DNA of 64,000 nt from Hyphomicrobiales bacterium (GCA_026400435.1 JAPLOZ010000019.1:5311-69310); one strand, 5' to 3'. Positions 10,475 to 22,832 are shown, numbered from the stretch's first letter. Translations and numbers: made by a program. The notes: generated by a model not told the origin, from the letters alone.

Positions 10475-10550
10475 TGTCTTTCCTTTCAGAACAACGATGC
10501 CGGCACAAATCAGCCGACACCTCGAAGATAGGCAGAGATAGGTTGCAGTT

Positions 10551-11840
10551 TCAAGACGGCCGCGACACGGATTCGTTATCCGCCGAAAACGCGAGATCGA
10601 CGGGCGGCGGCGCCTGCGCCGTCATCGGCGCAAAGCTGCCGGTATCGGCTGCTGGGACAGCACTCGCGGTCATGACGCGCCACATGACGAAACCCGCATA
10701 GGCGATGGCGATGATGATCGCCACGTAAATGAAGGACTGCGTGCCGTAGAAAGCCGTCAGTGTCGTGCCGAGCGCCGGGATCACGAAACCCGATATCGAC
10801 CAGGCGAACAGCATCGAGGAAGAGAGCGCCACCAGGTCCTCCTTGGGCGCGCGGTCGCTCGCATGCGCCGACGACAGCGAATAGATCGATTCGGACGCGC
10901 CGCTCCACACGATGTAGACAACCAGGATGACGATCAGAGCCGACGCGTCGAAGCGAGCCGCAGCAATGCCCGCCATGGCGACCAGGAGTGACGCGGCGAT
11001 CAATACGTAGCGGCGGTCGGTACGGTCCGAAATCCAGCCGAGCGGAATCTGGAACAGCAGCGTTCCGAGCGGCATCGCAAACATCAGCGTCGCCACCTCT
11101 TGCTGCGTGAAGCCCTTGGCGGTGGCGTGGATTGGCGCGAAGCCGGCGATCATCATCGATAGGCCGCCGACTGCAAACATTCCGGTGATGCCGACCGGAG
11201 AAATCCGCCACGCGCGACGCAGCGCCACGGACGCTGCCTGCGGGGCGGGCGGCTGGGCAAGTCGGGTCAGGCCGACCGGCAGCATCGACAGCGCGGTGAA
11301 GACGATGCCGACGAACGGCGCCTGCGCGGTGCCGATGTCGAGCCATGCCATCAGCAGCGATCCCATGCCCATGCCCACGACATAACTGACGTAGAAAACG
11401 GCCATTACGCGGCCGCGTATCGTATTGCCGACGGCGTCATTCAGCCAGCTTTGCGCCACGATGAAGAGGGCGCAGATGGCAAATCCGTACAGCGCCCGCG
11501 CCGCGATCCAGAGAACCGGATTGGCATCGGCGGCCACGCCGGCGTTGGACAGCACGATCAGCGCCGACAGCACCATGTAGGCGCGGGCATGGCCGACGCG
11601 TCGCACGAGCGCGCCGGTCAGCAGACAGCCGGCAATACCGCCGGCCGATAGTCCGGTCAGTATGCCGCCCGCCCAGGTCGGGGCGAAACCGTCGGCTCCG
11701 AGGCGGACCGGGATGTAGGCGAACATAAGGCCGTTGCCGACAGCGATCAGCGCCATGGAAAGGATGACCGAGGCGACCGCAACGATTACCCGGGGCGACT
11801 GCGGGTTCTTGTGTTCTGAGGGGTGTATTCTGGCGTCCAT
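10551..11840 (-). CDS. MFS transporter (YcaD-like)
   Basis: About 12 hydrophobic segments, QSWLN..RGRVMAVF, GWISDRTDRRYVL. Confidence 0.85.
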   Translation of the reverse strand: MDARIHPSEHKNPQSPRVIVAVASVILSMALIAVGNGLMFAYIPVRLGADGFAPTWAGGILTGLSAGGIAGCLLTGALVRRVGHARAYMVLSALIVLSNAGVAADANPVLWIAARALYGFAICALFIVAQSWLNDAVGNTIRGRVMAVFYVSYVVGMGMGSLLMAWLDIGTAQAPFVGIVFTALSMLPVGLTRLAQPPAPQAASVALRRAWRISPVGITGMFAVGGLSMMIAGFAPIHATAKGFTQQEVATLMFAMPLGTLLFQIPLGWISDRTDRRYVLIAASLLVAMAGIAAARFDASALIVILVVYIVWSGASESIYSLSSAHASDRAPKEDLVALSSSMLFAWSISGFVIPALGTTLTAFYGTQSFIYVAIIIAIAYAGFVMWRVMTASAVPAADTGSFAPMTAQAPPPVDLAFSADNESVSRPS

Positions 11841-12025
11841 GCGGTAACCAGATTTGCACGCGTGTGGACCCGCGCGAAGCGGCAAATGCGACATTTCACT
11901 TGGCCAGCGAGGGGCATGCAGGATGATCCCAGCCCGGGCCGCCGAACCCTTATGTCTTTCAATTTCGTCGCAATTCCGCTTACAGTCGCGTCCACTGCGT
12001 CGCCGGGAACCGAATTGGGGCGAGA

Positions 12026-13048
12026 ATGGGCGTTTTGAGGTCCTTTGGATTGGTCGGCTCGTCCGATGTGATGGAGTACGATCCGCATCGGCTGTCCAGC
12101 CCGCAGGTTTTCGTCCTGACGATGCTTGTGTTTCTGGCCATCGTCGCCTTCATTGCAGCCATCCTTGCCCGACAGATCTCCGATGCCTTCTCCAGCAATC
12201 CCGGCCTGAACGGCCTCATCCTGGGCGTATTCCTGATCGGCGTATTCCTGTCTTTCCAGCAGACGGTGCGGCTGTTCCGCGAGGTGCGCTGGATCAACTC
12301 TTTCCGGGCAGGGTCCGAGGTCACCGAACCGGTCCTGCTCGCGCCCATGAAGGCACTTCTATCGCGCTCCTCGAGCATGGCGCTGTCGACCGCCTCCATG
12401 CGCACCATGCTCGATTCGATCGCCACCCGGCTCGATGAAAGCCGCGACGTCTTGCGCTACCTCACCGGTCTGCTGATCTTCCTCGGCCTGCTCGGCACCT
12501 TCTGGGGCTTGCTCGCCACCATCCGGTCGATCAGCGATACCATCCAGTCCCTCGATCCCGGTTCGGGCGACAGCGGCGCGGTGCTCGACGCCCTTAAGGC
12601 CGGTCTCGCCGCACCGCTTGCCGGCATGGGAACCGCCTTCTCGGCGTCGCTGTTTGGTCTGTCCGGGTCGCTTGTTCTCGGTTTCCTCGACCTGCAGGCC
12701 GGCCGCGCCCAGACCCGCTTCTACACCGAACTTGAAAACTGGCTCTCCTCCGTCACGGACCTGTCCTCCGATATCGTCGTGCCAGACGGATCGCGAGGCG
12801 ACCAGTCCGACGAGATCCGTGCGCTGTCCGATCGCCTGCGCAGCATGCAGGAGGGCGGCGGCTCCAGCCCACGCGTGGCGACCGCGATGGCAAACCTCGC
12901 CGACGGCATCTCGGGTCTCGTCAAGAACATGCGCTCCGAACAGCAGATCATGCGCGACTGGGTGGAAGCGCAATCCGAGGAGCAGAAGGCGATGCGCCGG
13001 ACGCTCGAACGCCTCGCCGACACGCTGAAGAACCGGGAACTCAACTAA
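12026..13048 (+). CDS. MotA/TolQ/ExbB proton channel family protein
   Basis: LIFLGLLGTFWGL and AGMGTAFSASLFGL TM motifs; directly adjacent to a MotB-like gene. Confidence 0.85.
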   Translation: MGVLRSFGLVGSSDVMEYDPHRLSSPQVFVLTMLVFLAIVAFIAAILARQISDAFSSNPGLNGLILGVFLIGVFLSFQQTVRLFREVRWINSFRAGSEVTEPVLLAPMKALLSRSSSMALSTASMRTMLDSIATRLDESRDVLRYLTGLLIFLGLLGTFWGLLATIRSISDTIQSLDPGSGDSGAVLDALKAGLAAPLAGMGTAFSASLFGLSGSLVLGFLDLQAGRAQTRFYTELENWLSSVTDLSSDIVVPDGSRGDQSDEIRALSDRLRSMQEGGGSSPRVATAMANLADGISGLVKNMRSEQQIMRDWVEAQSEEQKAMRRTLERLADTLKNRELN

Positions 13049-14080
13049 ATGGCGCTTGCCAAGGCAAGGCGGGGCAATCGCCACATCGACTATTGGCCCG
13101 GTTTTGTCGACGCGCTGTCGACGCTGCTTCTGGCCATCATGTTCCTGCTGTCGGTTTTCGTGCTTGCGCAGTTCCTGCTCAGCCGCGAGATCAGCGGCCG
13201 CGACGAAGTACTCGCGCGGCTCAACTCGCAGATCAACGAGCTCACGCAACTGCTCGCGCTGGAACAGGGTAACTCGCAGGATTCGCAGGACACGATCGCC
13301 ACCTTGCAAGCTTCCCTCAACGCCTCGCAGAGCGAGCGCACGCGGCTTCAGCAGTTGCTCGATCGCGGGGCAGGCGCGGATTCCGAGGCGAACGCCAGGA
13401 TCGGCGCCATCAGCGGTGAACTCGACGCCGAGCGCCAGATCAGCCAGCGGGCGCTTTCGCAGGTCGAACTGCTCAACCAGCAGATCGCGGCGCTACGCAA
13501 GCAGATTGCCGCCCTGGAGGATGCGCTCGACGTGTCGGAAACGCGCGATCGCGAATCCAACACCAAGATCGCCGATCTCGGCCGCCGGCTGAATGTCGCG
13601 CTGGCGCAGCGCGTACAGGAGCTCAACCGCTACCGGTCGGACTTCTTCGGCAGGTTGCGCGAAATCCTGTCCGACCGCGAGAATATCCGCATCGTCGGCG
13701 ACCGGTTCGTCTTCCAGTCGGAAGTTCTCTTCCCCTCGGGTTCCGAGGTCATCAACCCGGCCGGCCGGGTCGAGATGAAGAAGCTCGCAGACGCGATCAT
13801 CGAGCTGCAGCGTGAGATACCGCCTGAGATCAACTGGGTGCTGCGCGTCGATGGCCACACCGACAACATTCCCGTCTCTGGAAATCGCCGCTGGAACGAC
13901 AACTGGGAATTGTCTTCGGCCCGCGCCACGTCAGTGGTCAAGCTGCTGATCGAGTATGGCGTGCCGGCCAACAGGCTCGTCGCAGCCGGGTTTGGCGAAT
14001 TTCAGCCGCTCGATACCGCCGACACTTCCGACGCCCGTACCCGCAACCGCCGCATCGAGCTCAAGCTGACCGAGCGCTAG
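13049..14080 (+). CDS. MotB/OmpA-like peptidoglycan-binding protein with coiled coil
   Basis: YWPGFVDALSTLL TM with Asp, coiled coil, RVDGHTD..NWELSSARA..RNRRIEL OmpA motif. Confidence 0.87.
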   Translation: MALAKARRGNRHIDYWPGFVDALSTLLLAIMFLLSVFVLAQFLLSREISGRDEVLARLNSQINELTQLLALEQGNSQDSQDTIATLQASLNASQSERTRLQQLLDRGAGADSEANARIGAISGELDAERQISQRALSQVELLNQQIAALRKQIAALEDALDVSETRDRESNTKIADLGRRLNVALAQRVQELNRYRSDFFGRLREILSDRENIRIVGDRFVFQSEVLFPSGSEVINPAGRVEMKKLADAIIELQREIPPEINWVLRVDGHTDNIPVSGNRRWNDNWELSSARATSVVKLLIEYGVPANRLVAAGFGEFQPLDTADTSDARTRNRRIELKLTER

Positions 14081-14430
14081 ACGCCAAGTCTGAGTGCGAT
14101 CAGGGCGAGTGCCGCCGGCATCGACTGGACATACGCTATGCGTTGGTTGACCGTCGCAGCGCCGAACAGGCCGGCCACGATCACGCAGCCCAGGAAGAAC
14201 GCCTTGATCGCGAAGCCCTCGTCGCCAAGCCAGACGCCCCAGATGAGACCGGCAACAAGGAAGCCGTTGTAGAGTCCCTGGTTGGCCGCAAGCGCCTTCG
14301 ATGCGAGGGAAAACTCCGGCGTCGTGCGGAACACTTTGCGGCCGAGCGGCCTGTCCCACGCAATCATCTCCAGATATAGGAAACCAAGGTGCAGCGCCGC
14401 CACAAGGGCGACCAGGATATTTGCGAGCAT
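14077..14430 (-). CDS. DUF1304 family membrane protein
   Basis: LHLGFLYLEM, LAANQGLYNGFL; GGAGG SD before ATG at 14430. Confidence 0.85.
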   Translation of the reverse strand: MLANILVALVAALHLGFLYLEMIAWDRPLGRKVFRTTPEFSLASKALAANQGLYNGFLVAGLIWGVWLGDEGFAIKAFFLGCVIVAGLFGAATVNQRIAYVQSMPAALALIALRLGV

Positions 14431-14537
14431 GGGCACCTCCGGTTCGCCTCGATCTTGATCGTGTCGCCGGCTTGCTGCAAGTGGTTGGCAAGCGCGACTG
14501 CCTTCGGTCGCGAGCGGAATTTTCTGGAGCCTACACG

Positions 14538-16025
<1,488 letters not shown>

Positions 16026-16031
16026 CCGCGG

Positions 16032-16691
16032 TTACCCCAGTCGCCAGACGATCGTGCGCTTGACCTCGGCATCTTCGAGCGCGCGGGTGACCGGAACCTG
16101 ATATTCAGAAAGCTTTTCAAGGTGTTGGCGCGGCAGGTAGGCGCGTCCGGGATCGCCGACGAGCACCGTCGTGCCGCTTGCGGCGAGTTGCGACAGCCAT
16201 GGCGTCAGGCGGTCGGCAAAGGCACTGTCGTAGAAGACATCGCCCGCGAGCAGGACATCGAAGTTCTTGTTTTCGCCTATGAAATCGCGGCCGTCGAAGG
16301 TTACCGAGACGCCGTTGGCCGCGGCATTCATCCGGACCGCTGTCGCGCAGAACGGGTCGATGTCCGCCGCCACGACTTGCGCCGCGCCCGCCCGCGCCGC
16401 GGCGATCGCGACAAGGCCGGAGCCGGTCGCAAAGTCGAGTACGCGCAGGCCGCGCACGGTCTCGGGATGGTCGAGCACATAACGGGCGAGGCCCTGTCCG
16501 CCCGCCCACGCGAAGGCCCAGAATGGCGGCGGAAGGCCGATTTCCGCCAGTTCTTCCTCGGTTCGATGCCAGAGATCATGCGCCTCGTCAGCGAGATGGA
16601 GGCCGATCTCCGGCACATGCGGCGGCGCAGCATACGTCGTGTTGGCGAGAATGAATTCCGCGAACCTTTCCTGCGACGAGGGCATTTCCAT
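16032..16691 (-). CDS. Class I SAM-dependent protein-lysine methyltransferase (METTL20/ETFB-KMT-like)
   Basis: PPPFWAFAWAGGQGLARY, VLDFATGSGL, LAGDVFYD, VGDPGRAYLP. Confidence 0.85.
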   Translation of the reverse strand: MEMPSSQERFAEFILANTTYAAPPHVPEIGLHLADEAHDLWHRTEEELAEIGLPPPFWAFAWAGGQGLARYVLDHPETVRGLRVLDFATGSGLVAIAAARAGAAQVVAADIDPFCATAVRMNAAANGVSVTFDGRDFIGENKNFDVLLAGDVFYDSAFADRLTPWLSQLAASGTTVLVGDPGRAYLPRQHLEKLSEYQVPVTRALEDAEVKRTIVWRLG

Positions 16692-16703
16692 CCGAAAAAA
16701 CGA

Positions 16704-17129
16704 TCAGATGGCGGGATTGACGCCGCCCATGCGGCAAACCAGTTTCCACTCGGCCGGTGTTACCGGCTGAACCGACAGCCTTCCGAGCCGAACCAGCGCC
16801 ATTTCAGCCAGTTTCGGGTCGGCCTTGATCTGTTCGAGGGTCGGCGGGTTCGGCACGTCCTTCACCGCGCGGATGTCGACGCATTCCCAGCGCGGATCGT
16901 CGGTCGTGGTATCGGGATGGGCAAGGGCACACACCTAGGCGATGCCGACAATGTTGAGACCTTCGTTCGAGTGGTAGAAAAAGCCGAGGTCACCTACCTT
17001 CATGGCCCTCATGTTGTTGCGCGCCGCATAATTGCGGACGCCGTCCCATTGCGTGCCGGCCTTGCCCTTCTTCTTCAGGTCGTCGAAGGAGAACTTGAAG
17101 GGTTCCGACTTGAACAGCCAGTAGTTCAT
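16704..17129 (-). pseudogene. EVE domain protein interrupted by an in-frame TAG at 16935-16937
   Basis: MNYWLFKSEP..WDGVRNYAARNNMRAMKVGDLGFFYHS..VGIA*VCALAHPD..RLSVQPV; both halves are in the same frame and form one EVE domain. Confidence 0.85.
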
Positions 17130-17139
17130 CGCAGCGCCC

Positions 17140-17445
17140 TCAGGGGTTGGACGGATTGGCCGGGTTGTTGAAGGTCCAGTTCCACGCCCGGATCCTGACA
17201 GTCTCGAAGAGACCGGCCTTTGCGTAGGGGTCGGAGGCGCCGATCGCAGCGGCCTCGTTCTTGTTCGCCGCTTCGATGACGACGAGGCTGCCGTACGGCT
17301 TGCCGTCGTCGTCGAGGAAGGGGCCGGCGATCTTGAGCGTACCGGCCTCGTTGAGCTTCCTCAAAAACTCGACATGGGCGGGGCGGTTGTCGATCCGGGT
17401 CTGCAGGTGCCCGGGCTTGTCACGGCAGATAAGCGCAAAAAGCAT
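17140..17445 (-). CDS. YciI family protein
   Basis: CRDKPG..RPAHVEFL, AGPFLDDDG..GSLVVIEA, DPYAKAGLF. Confidence 0.9.
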   Translation of the reverse strand: MLFALICRDKPGHLQTRIDNRPAHVEFLRKLNEAGTLKIAGPFLDDDGKPYGSLVVIEAANKNEAAAIGASDPYAKAGLFETVRIRAWNWTFNNPANPSNP

Positions 17446-17469
17446 GGTCGTAACTCCTCTTTCTGATGG

Positions 17470-18444
17470 TCATTCTGCTTCGGCCCGCAGCGGCCGCGAC
17501 ATCAGCGCCGACACCGCTTCGTTGATGGTGATGCGCCCGGCGAGGATCAACGAAACGGCGAAAATGATGGGCGCGTCGATATTGCGTTCCCGCGCAATCC
17601 TGGCGGCGATGCCTGCTGTCGCGACGCCTTCCGCCAGCGGGCGACCTGCAAGGCTCTCACTGCCGCCGATCGCCAGACCGTAAGCGAAGTTGCGCGATTG
17701 CGCCGAGCCGCAGGATAGCAAGAGGTCACCGAGACCGGACAGTCCCATCACCGTTTCCGGGTCGGCGCCGAAGGCCTGGGCGATGCGCCTGAGTTCGACG
17801 AAGCCGCGCGTCACCATCGCGGCCTGCGCGCTGGCGCCAAGCCCGGCGCCGGTGACCGCGCCGGCCGCTATGGCGAAGACGTTCTTCAGTGCGCCGCCGA
17901 TTTCGACGCCGACAAGATCGCCGGTCGAATAGCAGCGAAACCGGTCGGTCGAAAAGAGCAGCGCAAGCCGGGCGGCCAACGCCTCTTCCTTTGCCGCGAC
18001 GACGACGGCGGTGGGAAGCCCGGCGGCAAGGTCGGCGGCGAAACTCGGGCCGGAAAGTGCTGCGACCGGGTTGCCTGGAAGCAGCTCGCCCGCGACCTCG
18101 GACAAAAGCAGGCCAGTGTCATGCTCGATTCCCTTGGCGCAAAGCACCAGCGGCACTCCCGCAGGCACGGCGCCGCAGATTGTCCCGATCACGCTGCGCA
18201 GCGCCTGCGCCGGTGTGACGGCAAGGACGCAGGCGGCACCTTCCAGCGCTTCGGCGCTCTCGGTCGTCGCGTGGATGCCGGCGTCGATCGCCGCGCCCGG
18301 AAGGTAGCGTGGATTGCCGCCTTTGCGTATGGCCTCGACGATCGCACCATCGCGCGCCCACAGCGCGACGTCGTGGCCAGCGCGGCGCATCTGCATGGCG
18401 AGCGCCGTGCCCCATGCACCCCCGCCAAGCACCGCGACCCTCAT
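17470..18444 (-). CDS. gpsA: NAD(P)H-dependent glycerol-3-phosphate dehydrogenase
   Basis: [50 protein letters not shown]; ATGA overlap with tsaD. Confidence 0.95.
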   Translation of the reverse strand: MRVAVLGGGAWGTALAMQMRRAGHDVALWARDGAIVEAIRKGGNPRYLPGAAIDAGIHATTESAEALEGAACVLAVTPAQALRSVIGTICGAVPAGVPLVLCAKGIEHDTGLLLSEVAGELLPGNPVAALSGPSFAADLAAGLPTAVVVAAKEEALAARLALLFSTDRFRCYSTGDLVGVEIGGALKNVFAIAAGAVTGAGLGASAQAAMVTRGFVELRRIAQAFGADPETVMGLSGLGDLLLSCGSAQSRNFAYGLAIGGSESLAGRPLAEGVATAGIAARIARERNIDAPIIFAVSLILAGRITINEAVSALMSRPLRAEAE

Positions 18445-19529
18445 GCCTTGGCCCCCCGCCGGCCCGAGCCGACGACCGGCGCGGACACTTCGTCGAGCGG
18501 CCAGCGCGAGCGCGGCACGAAGGCGAACGCGTCGCCACCGCCCAAGCCAGCGCGGATGCGCTCGATGCCGGCCCAGGCGATCATTGCCGCATTGTCGGTG
18601 CAGAGTTCCAGCGGCGGCGCAATGAATCGAAAGCCGTTGCGGGCACACTGTCCTTTGAGTGCGGCTCGGATCTGCCGGTTGGCGGCGACACCGCCGGCCA
18701 CGATCAAAGCCGGCGCGGCGATGCCAGGAAATTCGCCGCGGAAGCGCGCAAGGCTGCGGGCGACCCTGTCGGCGAGCGCGTCCGACACCGCCGACTGGAA
18801 TGAAGCGCAGATGTCGGCAACGTCCCTGTCGGACAGCGGTGCCGCCGCCGTCGCTGCCTGCCGCACTGCGGTTTTCAGTCCGGCGAAGGAGAAATCAGGT
18901 TGCGCCGAGCCCTTCATCGGGCGCGGGAAGGCGAAACGGGAGGGGTCGCCGTCCCTGGCCACCCGTTCGACATTCGGCCCGCCGGGATAAGGCAGCCCAA
19001 GCATCTTTGCCGTCTTGTCGAACGCTTCGCCCAGAGCATCGTCGATGGTGGTCGCCCAGCGCTGGTAGTCGCCAACGCCGCGCACCAGAACGATCTGGGT
19101 ATGGCCGCCGGAAACCAGCAGCAGCAGATAGGGGAAGTCCAGGCCGTCGGTCAGGCGTGCGGTCAGGGCGTGGCCTTCCAGATGGTTGATCGCCAGCAGC
19201 GGCTTGCCGGCTGCGCTCGCGATGGCCTTCGCCGTCATCAGGCCGACAATGAGCCCCCCGACCAGTCCCGGTCCGGCGGTTGCCGCGATCGCATCGACGT
19301 CGGCGAGCGTGGCGCCTGAATCCGCAAGAGCCGCCTCGATGATGCCGTCCAGCGCCTCGACATGGGCGCGGGCGGCGATCTCCGGCACGACGCCGCCGAA
19401 CGCCGCGTGCTCCTCGATCTGGCTGAGCACCACGCTCGACAGGATTTCGGGCTTCTCGCCGTCACGCAGCGCCACGACGCTGGCGGCTGTCTCGTCGCAG
19501 CTTGTCTCGATGCCGAGAACGCGGATCAT
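18441..19529 (-). CDS. tsaD: tRNA N6-adenosine threonylcarbamoyltransferase
   Basis: [50 protein letters not shown]. Confidence 0.96.
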   Translation of the reverse strand: MIRVLGIETSCDETAASVVALRDGEKPEILSSVVLSQIEEHAAFGGVVPEIAARAHVEALDGIIEAALADSGATLADVDAIAATAGPGLVGGLIVGLMTAKAIASAAGKPLLAINHLEGHALTARLTDGLDFPYLLLLVSGGHTQIVLVRGVGDYQRWATTIDDALGEAFDKTAKMLGLPYPGGPNVERVARDGDPSRFAFPRPMKGSAQPDFSFAGLKTAVRQAATAAAPLSDRDVADICASFQSAVSDALADRVARSLARFRGEFPGIAAPALIVAGGVAANRQIRAALKGQCARNGFRFIAPPLELCTDNAAMIAWAGIERIRAGLGGGDAFAFVPRSRWPLDEVSAPVVGSGRRGAKA

Positions 19530-19637
19530 CTTGTCGCGCCGTTCCATGATTGCCGGCCTGGCGGTTCCTGGGATAGGAGGTTGCGGGCAAACCCGTTCGA
19601 CCGGGGGTGTCAAACGGGGGGTATCACGGACCGCGCC

Positions 19638-20576
19638 ATGCAAACAACCGTGTTGAGGATCGGAACGCGCGGCAGCCCGCTGGCGCTGGCGCAGGCGCAC
19701 GAAACGCGCGCCCGGCTCATGGCCGCGCACGATCTGCCGGAAGTTGCTTTCGCCATCGATGCCATCACCACCAGCGGCGACCGCATTCAGGACCGACCGC
19801 TTTCGGAAGCAGGCGGCAAGGGGCTGTTCACAAAGGAGATCGAGGAGGCGCTGCTTGCCGGCCGCATCGACATCGCCGTGCATTCCTCCAAGGACATGCC
19901 GACTGTGCTGCCGGAAGGGCTCACGCTGTCGGCCTTCCTGCAGCGCGAGGACCCGCGCGACGCTTTCATCGGCAAGGCGGCGCCGTCGATCCTTGACCTG
20001 CCACAGGGCGCGACGGTGGGCTCCTCGTCGCTGCGCCGCCAAGCACTGATCCTGAGGCTGCGGCCGGACCTGAACGTCATTTCGTTTCGCGGCAATGTGC
20101 AGACAAGGCTGCGCAAGCTCAAAGAGGGGATGGCCGATGGCACGATCCTGGCGCTCGCCGGGCTGAAACGGCTCGGCCTGCAAGACCTGGCCACCGACCT
20201 CATGGCGCTGGACGCGTTCCCGCCGGCGCCGGGACAGGGCGCGATCTGCATCGAGAGCCGGCAGGGCGATAATCGCGTCGAAGGGCTGCTCGCAGGGATC
20301 AACGACGTGCCGACCGCGCAGGCGCTGGCCTGCGAGAGGGCATTTCTCGCGGTATTGGATGGCTCTTGCCGCACGCCGATTGCAGGCTATGCGAAGGTGG
20401 ATAGCGGCGGGCTGAGGTTCAGCGGTCTGATCCTGTCGCCGGATGGCCGGAGGTCGCACGCAGTGGAGTCGCACGGTCCCGCAACCGACGCCGGCGACAT
20501 CGGCCGCAGCGCCGGCGACGAGGTGCGCCGCGACGCCGGCGACCACTTTTTCAGCGACTGGTCCCCGACGACATGA
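19638..20576 (+). CDS. hemC: Hydroxymethylbilane synthase
   Basis: [49 protein letters not shown]. Confidence 0.96.
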   Translation: MQTTVLRIGTRGSPLALAQAHETRARLMAAHDLPEVAFAIDAITTSGDRIQDRPLSEAGGKGLFTKEIEEALLAGRIDIAVHSSKDMPTVLPEGLTLSAFLQREDPRDAFIGKAAPSILDLPQGATVGSSSLRRQALILRLRPDLNVISFRGNVQTRLRKLKEGMADGTILALAGLKRLGLQDLATDLMALDAFPPAPGQGAICIESRQGDNRVEGLLAGINDVPTAQALACERAFLAVLDGSCRTPIAGYAKVDSGGLRFSGLILSPDGRRSHAVESHGPATDAGDIGRSAGDEVRRDAGDHFFSDWSPTT

Positions 20577-21322
20577 CCAAAGCGCAAAAGAGGGTTCTGG
20601 TCACGCGGCCCGAACCCGGCGCGACGGCGACGGCGGGGAAACTCAGGTCGATGGGATTCGAGGCGATCAAGTTACCTTTGCAGGAGATACGCCCTCTGGC
20701 GGTGCCGCCGGGACTGGTTCCCGACGGGATCGCGGCTGTCGCCGTCACCAGCGCCAACGCGATCCGTCATGCGCCAACCGAGCTGCTTGCGGCCCTCGCC
20801 GGCCTGGCGTGCCACACGGTCGGCGAGGCCACCGCCGCCACGGCGCGAGCCAGCGGTTTTACCGATATCCGCGACGGAGGCGGCGACGCGCATGGGCTGG
20901 CCGACAGCGTGATCCGATCGCGCCCCGGCGGGACGATCGTCTATCTGTGCGGCAAGATGCGCCTGCCGCATTTCGAGATGACGCTCGCGGCGGCCGGCTT
21001 GGCCACGGCGGCAATCGCGACATACGATACCGTCGGCATCGACCGCGCCGCAGCCGAGATAGTTGACGCCGTTGGCGGTCAGGGGCTCGACTTCGCGCTG
21101 GTCTATTCCGCCAATGCGGCAAAATCGCTGGCTGGAGTTGTTGATGAAAGCGCGGTGAAACCCCTGTTCGAGAAGACGACGCTGATTTGCATCTCGCCGC
21201 GCGCAGCCGCGGTTTTGGGGCATCGGCCGGGCAAGCCAGCGGGAGAAATCCTGGTTGCCCAGGAACCAACCGAGGAGTCGCTGCTTTCGCTGCTTTGGAC
21301 ACATGCGAGAAAGACGCCATAA
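20573..21322 (+). CDS. hemD: Uroporphyrinogen-III synthase
   Basis: [26 protein letters not shown]; ATGA overlap with hemC. Confidence 0.88.
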   Translation: MTKAQKRVLVTRPEPGATATAGKLRSMGFEAIKLPLQEIRPLAVPPGLVPDGIAAVAVTSANAIRHAPTELLAALAGLACHTVGEATAATARASGFTDIRDGGGDAHGLADSVIRSRPGGTIVYLCGKMRLPHFEMTLAAAGLATAAIATYDTVGIDRAAAEIVDAVGGQGLDFALVYSANAAKSLAGVVDESAVKPLFEKTTLICISPRAAAVLGHRPGKPAGEILVAQEPTEESLLSLLWTHARKTP

Positions 21323-21406
21323 GGCTGCCCCTTTTATTGGAGCATCGCTATAGTGGCGTTCGGCGCCCTGACGTAACCGGATCGATATGCAGACGCGGAG
21401 GCCGTA

Positions 21407-22822
21407 ATGGTCAAGACACCCAGGACACGGCATTCCAAGACCGGGCGCGAGCCTGTCACCATCGAGCTCGGGCCTGACGCCGTGTCACGCGTTGTGGGCA
21501 CAAGATCGCCGGCCACTCAGCCGGACCAGCCGTTTGACGTGGTGGAGGAAGCTGTCGCGACGGCCGAGTCGTCCGAGGGATCAGCCATGCAGGATGTCGC
21601 CGCTTCGGCTGCCAGCGAAACTGCGAGCGAATCGGAGGCCACATTGCGGAACGAGGCGGAAGCGACCGAACGTCCGGCGCGCTCCGAACCGCCGAGGGCG
21701 CAACCCTCCAGGGCGGAGCCACCGAGCGCTTCCGCTCCACCGAGCCGGCCATCGCGTGGATCGGCGCTGACGGCCGGGCTCGCAGGCGGCATCGTGGCGC
21801 TGGTCGCCGGCGGGCTGCTGCAATATTCCGGGCTGCTTGGCGCGCCGAATGCGGGAAGTTCCGCACCGGCGTTGCCCGCATCGGTCGAGACCGACATTGC
21901 GAGCCTGAAGTCGGAGATCGAAAGTCTGAAGGCAGCAGGCGACCAGGCTGGCGGGCAGGCGGTCGACATCAGCGGCGTGACCGGCCAGGTCGACGCGCTT
22001 TCGCAGGCGCTGGACCAGGTCAAGACGGATATGGCGTCGCTGAAACAGGCGGTCGAATCGGGAGGCGCCGGCGACGGCGCGGGCCTGGAGGCGCTAAACG
22101 CCAGGATCGCCGGGATCGAAAGCAGGATCGCAGCCATCGGGCCGGGCACCGACCCCGCCATGCCAGAAACGATCGCTTCGATCAACGAAAGGATTGCCGG
22201 CATCGAGGCGCTGGCAAAGGCATCGACCGATGCCGGCTCCGTGGTCGACGGCAGGCTGGGTGCTCTGGAGCAGGGCGTTTCGTCGCTTACCGCGAAGGTG
22301 GAAGCGCAGGCCGATCAGCCAAAGATCGCGCTGGCGATAGCGGCCTCCGCGTTGAAGGCGGCGATCGAGCGCGGCGCGGCATTCCAGCCGGAAATCGAGA
22401 CGTTCGCAGCAATCGCGCCCGAGGCGCCGGGTCTTGCCGAGCTCAAGGCTTATGCCGAGAAGGGTGTGACGACGCGCGCCGACATTCTGGCCGAAACCGA
22501 CGCCGCGGCGAAGGCGATGATTGCCGCAGCCAATCCGCCGCCGGCCAATGCCGGCTTCTTCGACCGGCTACTCTCGAGCGCCGAATCAATGGTCTCCGTG
22601 CGGCCCATCGGCGCTGTCGAGGGTCCGGGCGTTCCGGAGACCGTGGCGCGCATGGAGGTTGCCTTGCAGGCAGGCGATTTTGCCAAGGCGCTGGCGGAGT
22701 TCGATACGCTGCCCGACACCGCCAAGGCGGCCGGGGCAGCTTTCGCGGACAAGGTGAAGGCGCGCCTCACGGCCGAGCAGCTTGCCGATCAGGCCATCGC
22801 CGCGGCCATGCAAGCGGCGTAG
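21407..22822 (+). CDS. COG4223 protein (alphaproteobacterial Mic60/mitofilin)
   Basis: PVTIEL N-terminus, single TM, coiled coil, C-terminal ALKAAIERG..SAESMVSVRPIG; located between hemD and hemY. Confidence 0.82.
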   Translation: MVKTPRTRHSKTGREPVTIELGPDAVSRVVGTRSPATQPDQPFDVVEEAVATAESSEGSAMQDVAASAASETASESEATLRNEAEATERPARSEPPRAQPSRAEPPSASAPPSRPSRGSALTAGLAGGIVALVAGGLLQYSGLLGAPNAGSSAPALPASVETDIASLKSEIESLKAAGDQAGGQAVDISGVTGQVDALSQALDQVKTDMASLKQAVESGGAGDGAGLEALNARIAGIESRIAAIGPGTDPAMPETIASINERIAGIEALAKASTDAGSVVDGRLGALEQGVSSLTAKVEAQADQPKIALAIAASALKAAIERGAAFQPEIETFAAIAPEAPGLAELKAYAEKGVTTRADILAETDAAAKAMIAAANPPPANAGFFDRLLSSAESMVSVRPIGAVEGPGVPETVARMEVALQAGDFAKALAEFDTLPDTAKAAGAAFADKVKARLTAEQLADQAIAAAMQAA

Positions 22823-22832
22823 GGGAAGGCCG

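Noticed and set aside
12026-14080. Zorya (ZorA/ZorB) anti-phage system
   Set aside because: No zorC/D/E nearby, no long ZorA tail, and a housekeeping context.
16935-16937. Pyrrolysine or genome-wide TAG recoding, or suppression by the nearby tRNA-Glu
   Set aside because: TAG ends several intact genes here, no pyl genes are present, and the tRNA anticodon is CTC rather than CTA.
18441-20546. 701-aa extended TsaD; likewise the N-terminal extensions of ctpA, carboxypeptidase, cvrA, bestrophin and gpsA in the ORF track
   Set aside because: These come from taking the most upstream start; the extensions overlap neighbouring genes and the family motifs begin at downstream starts.
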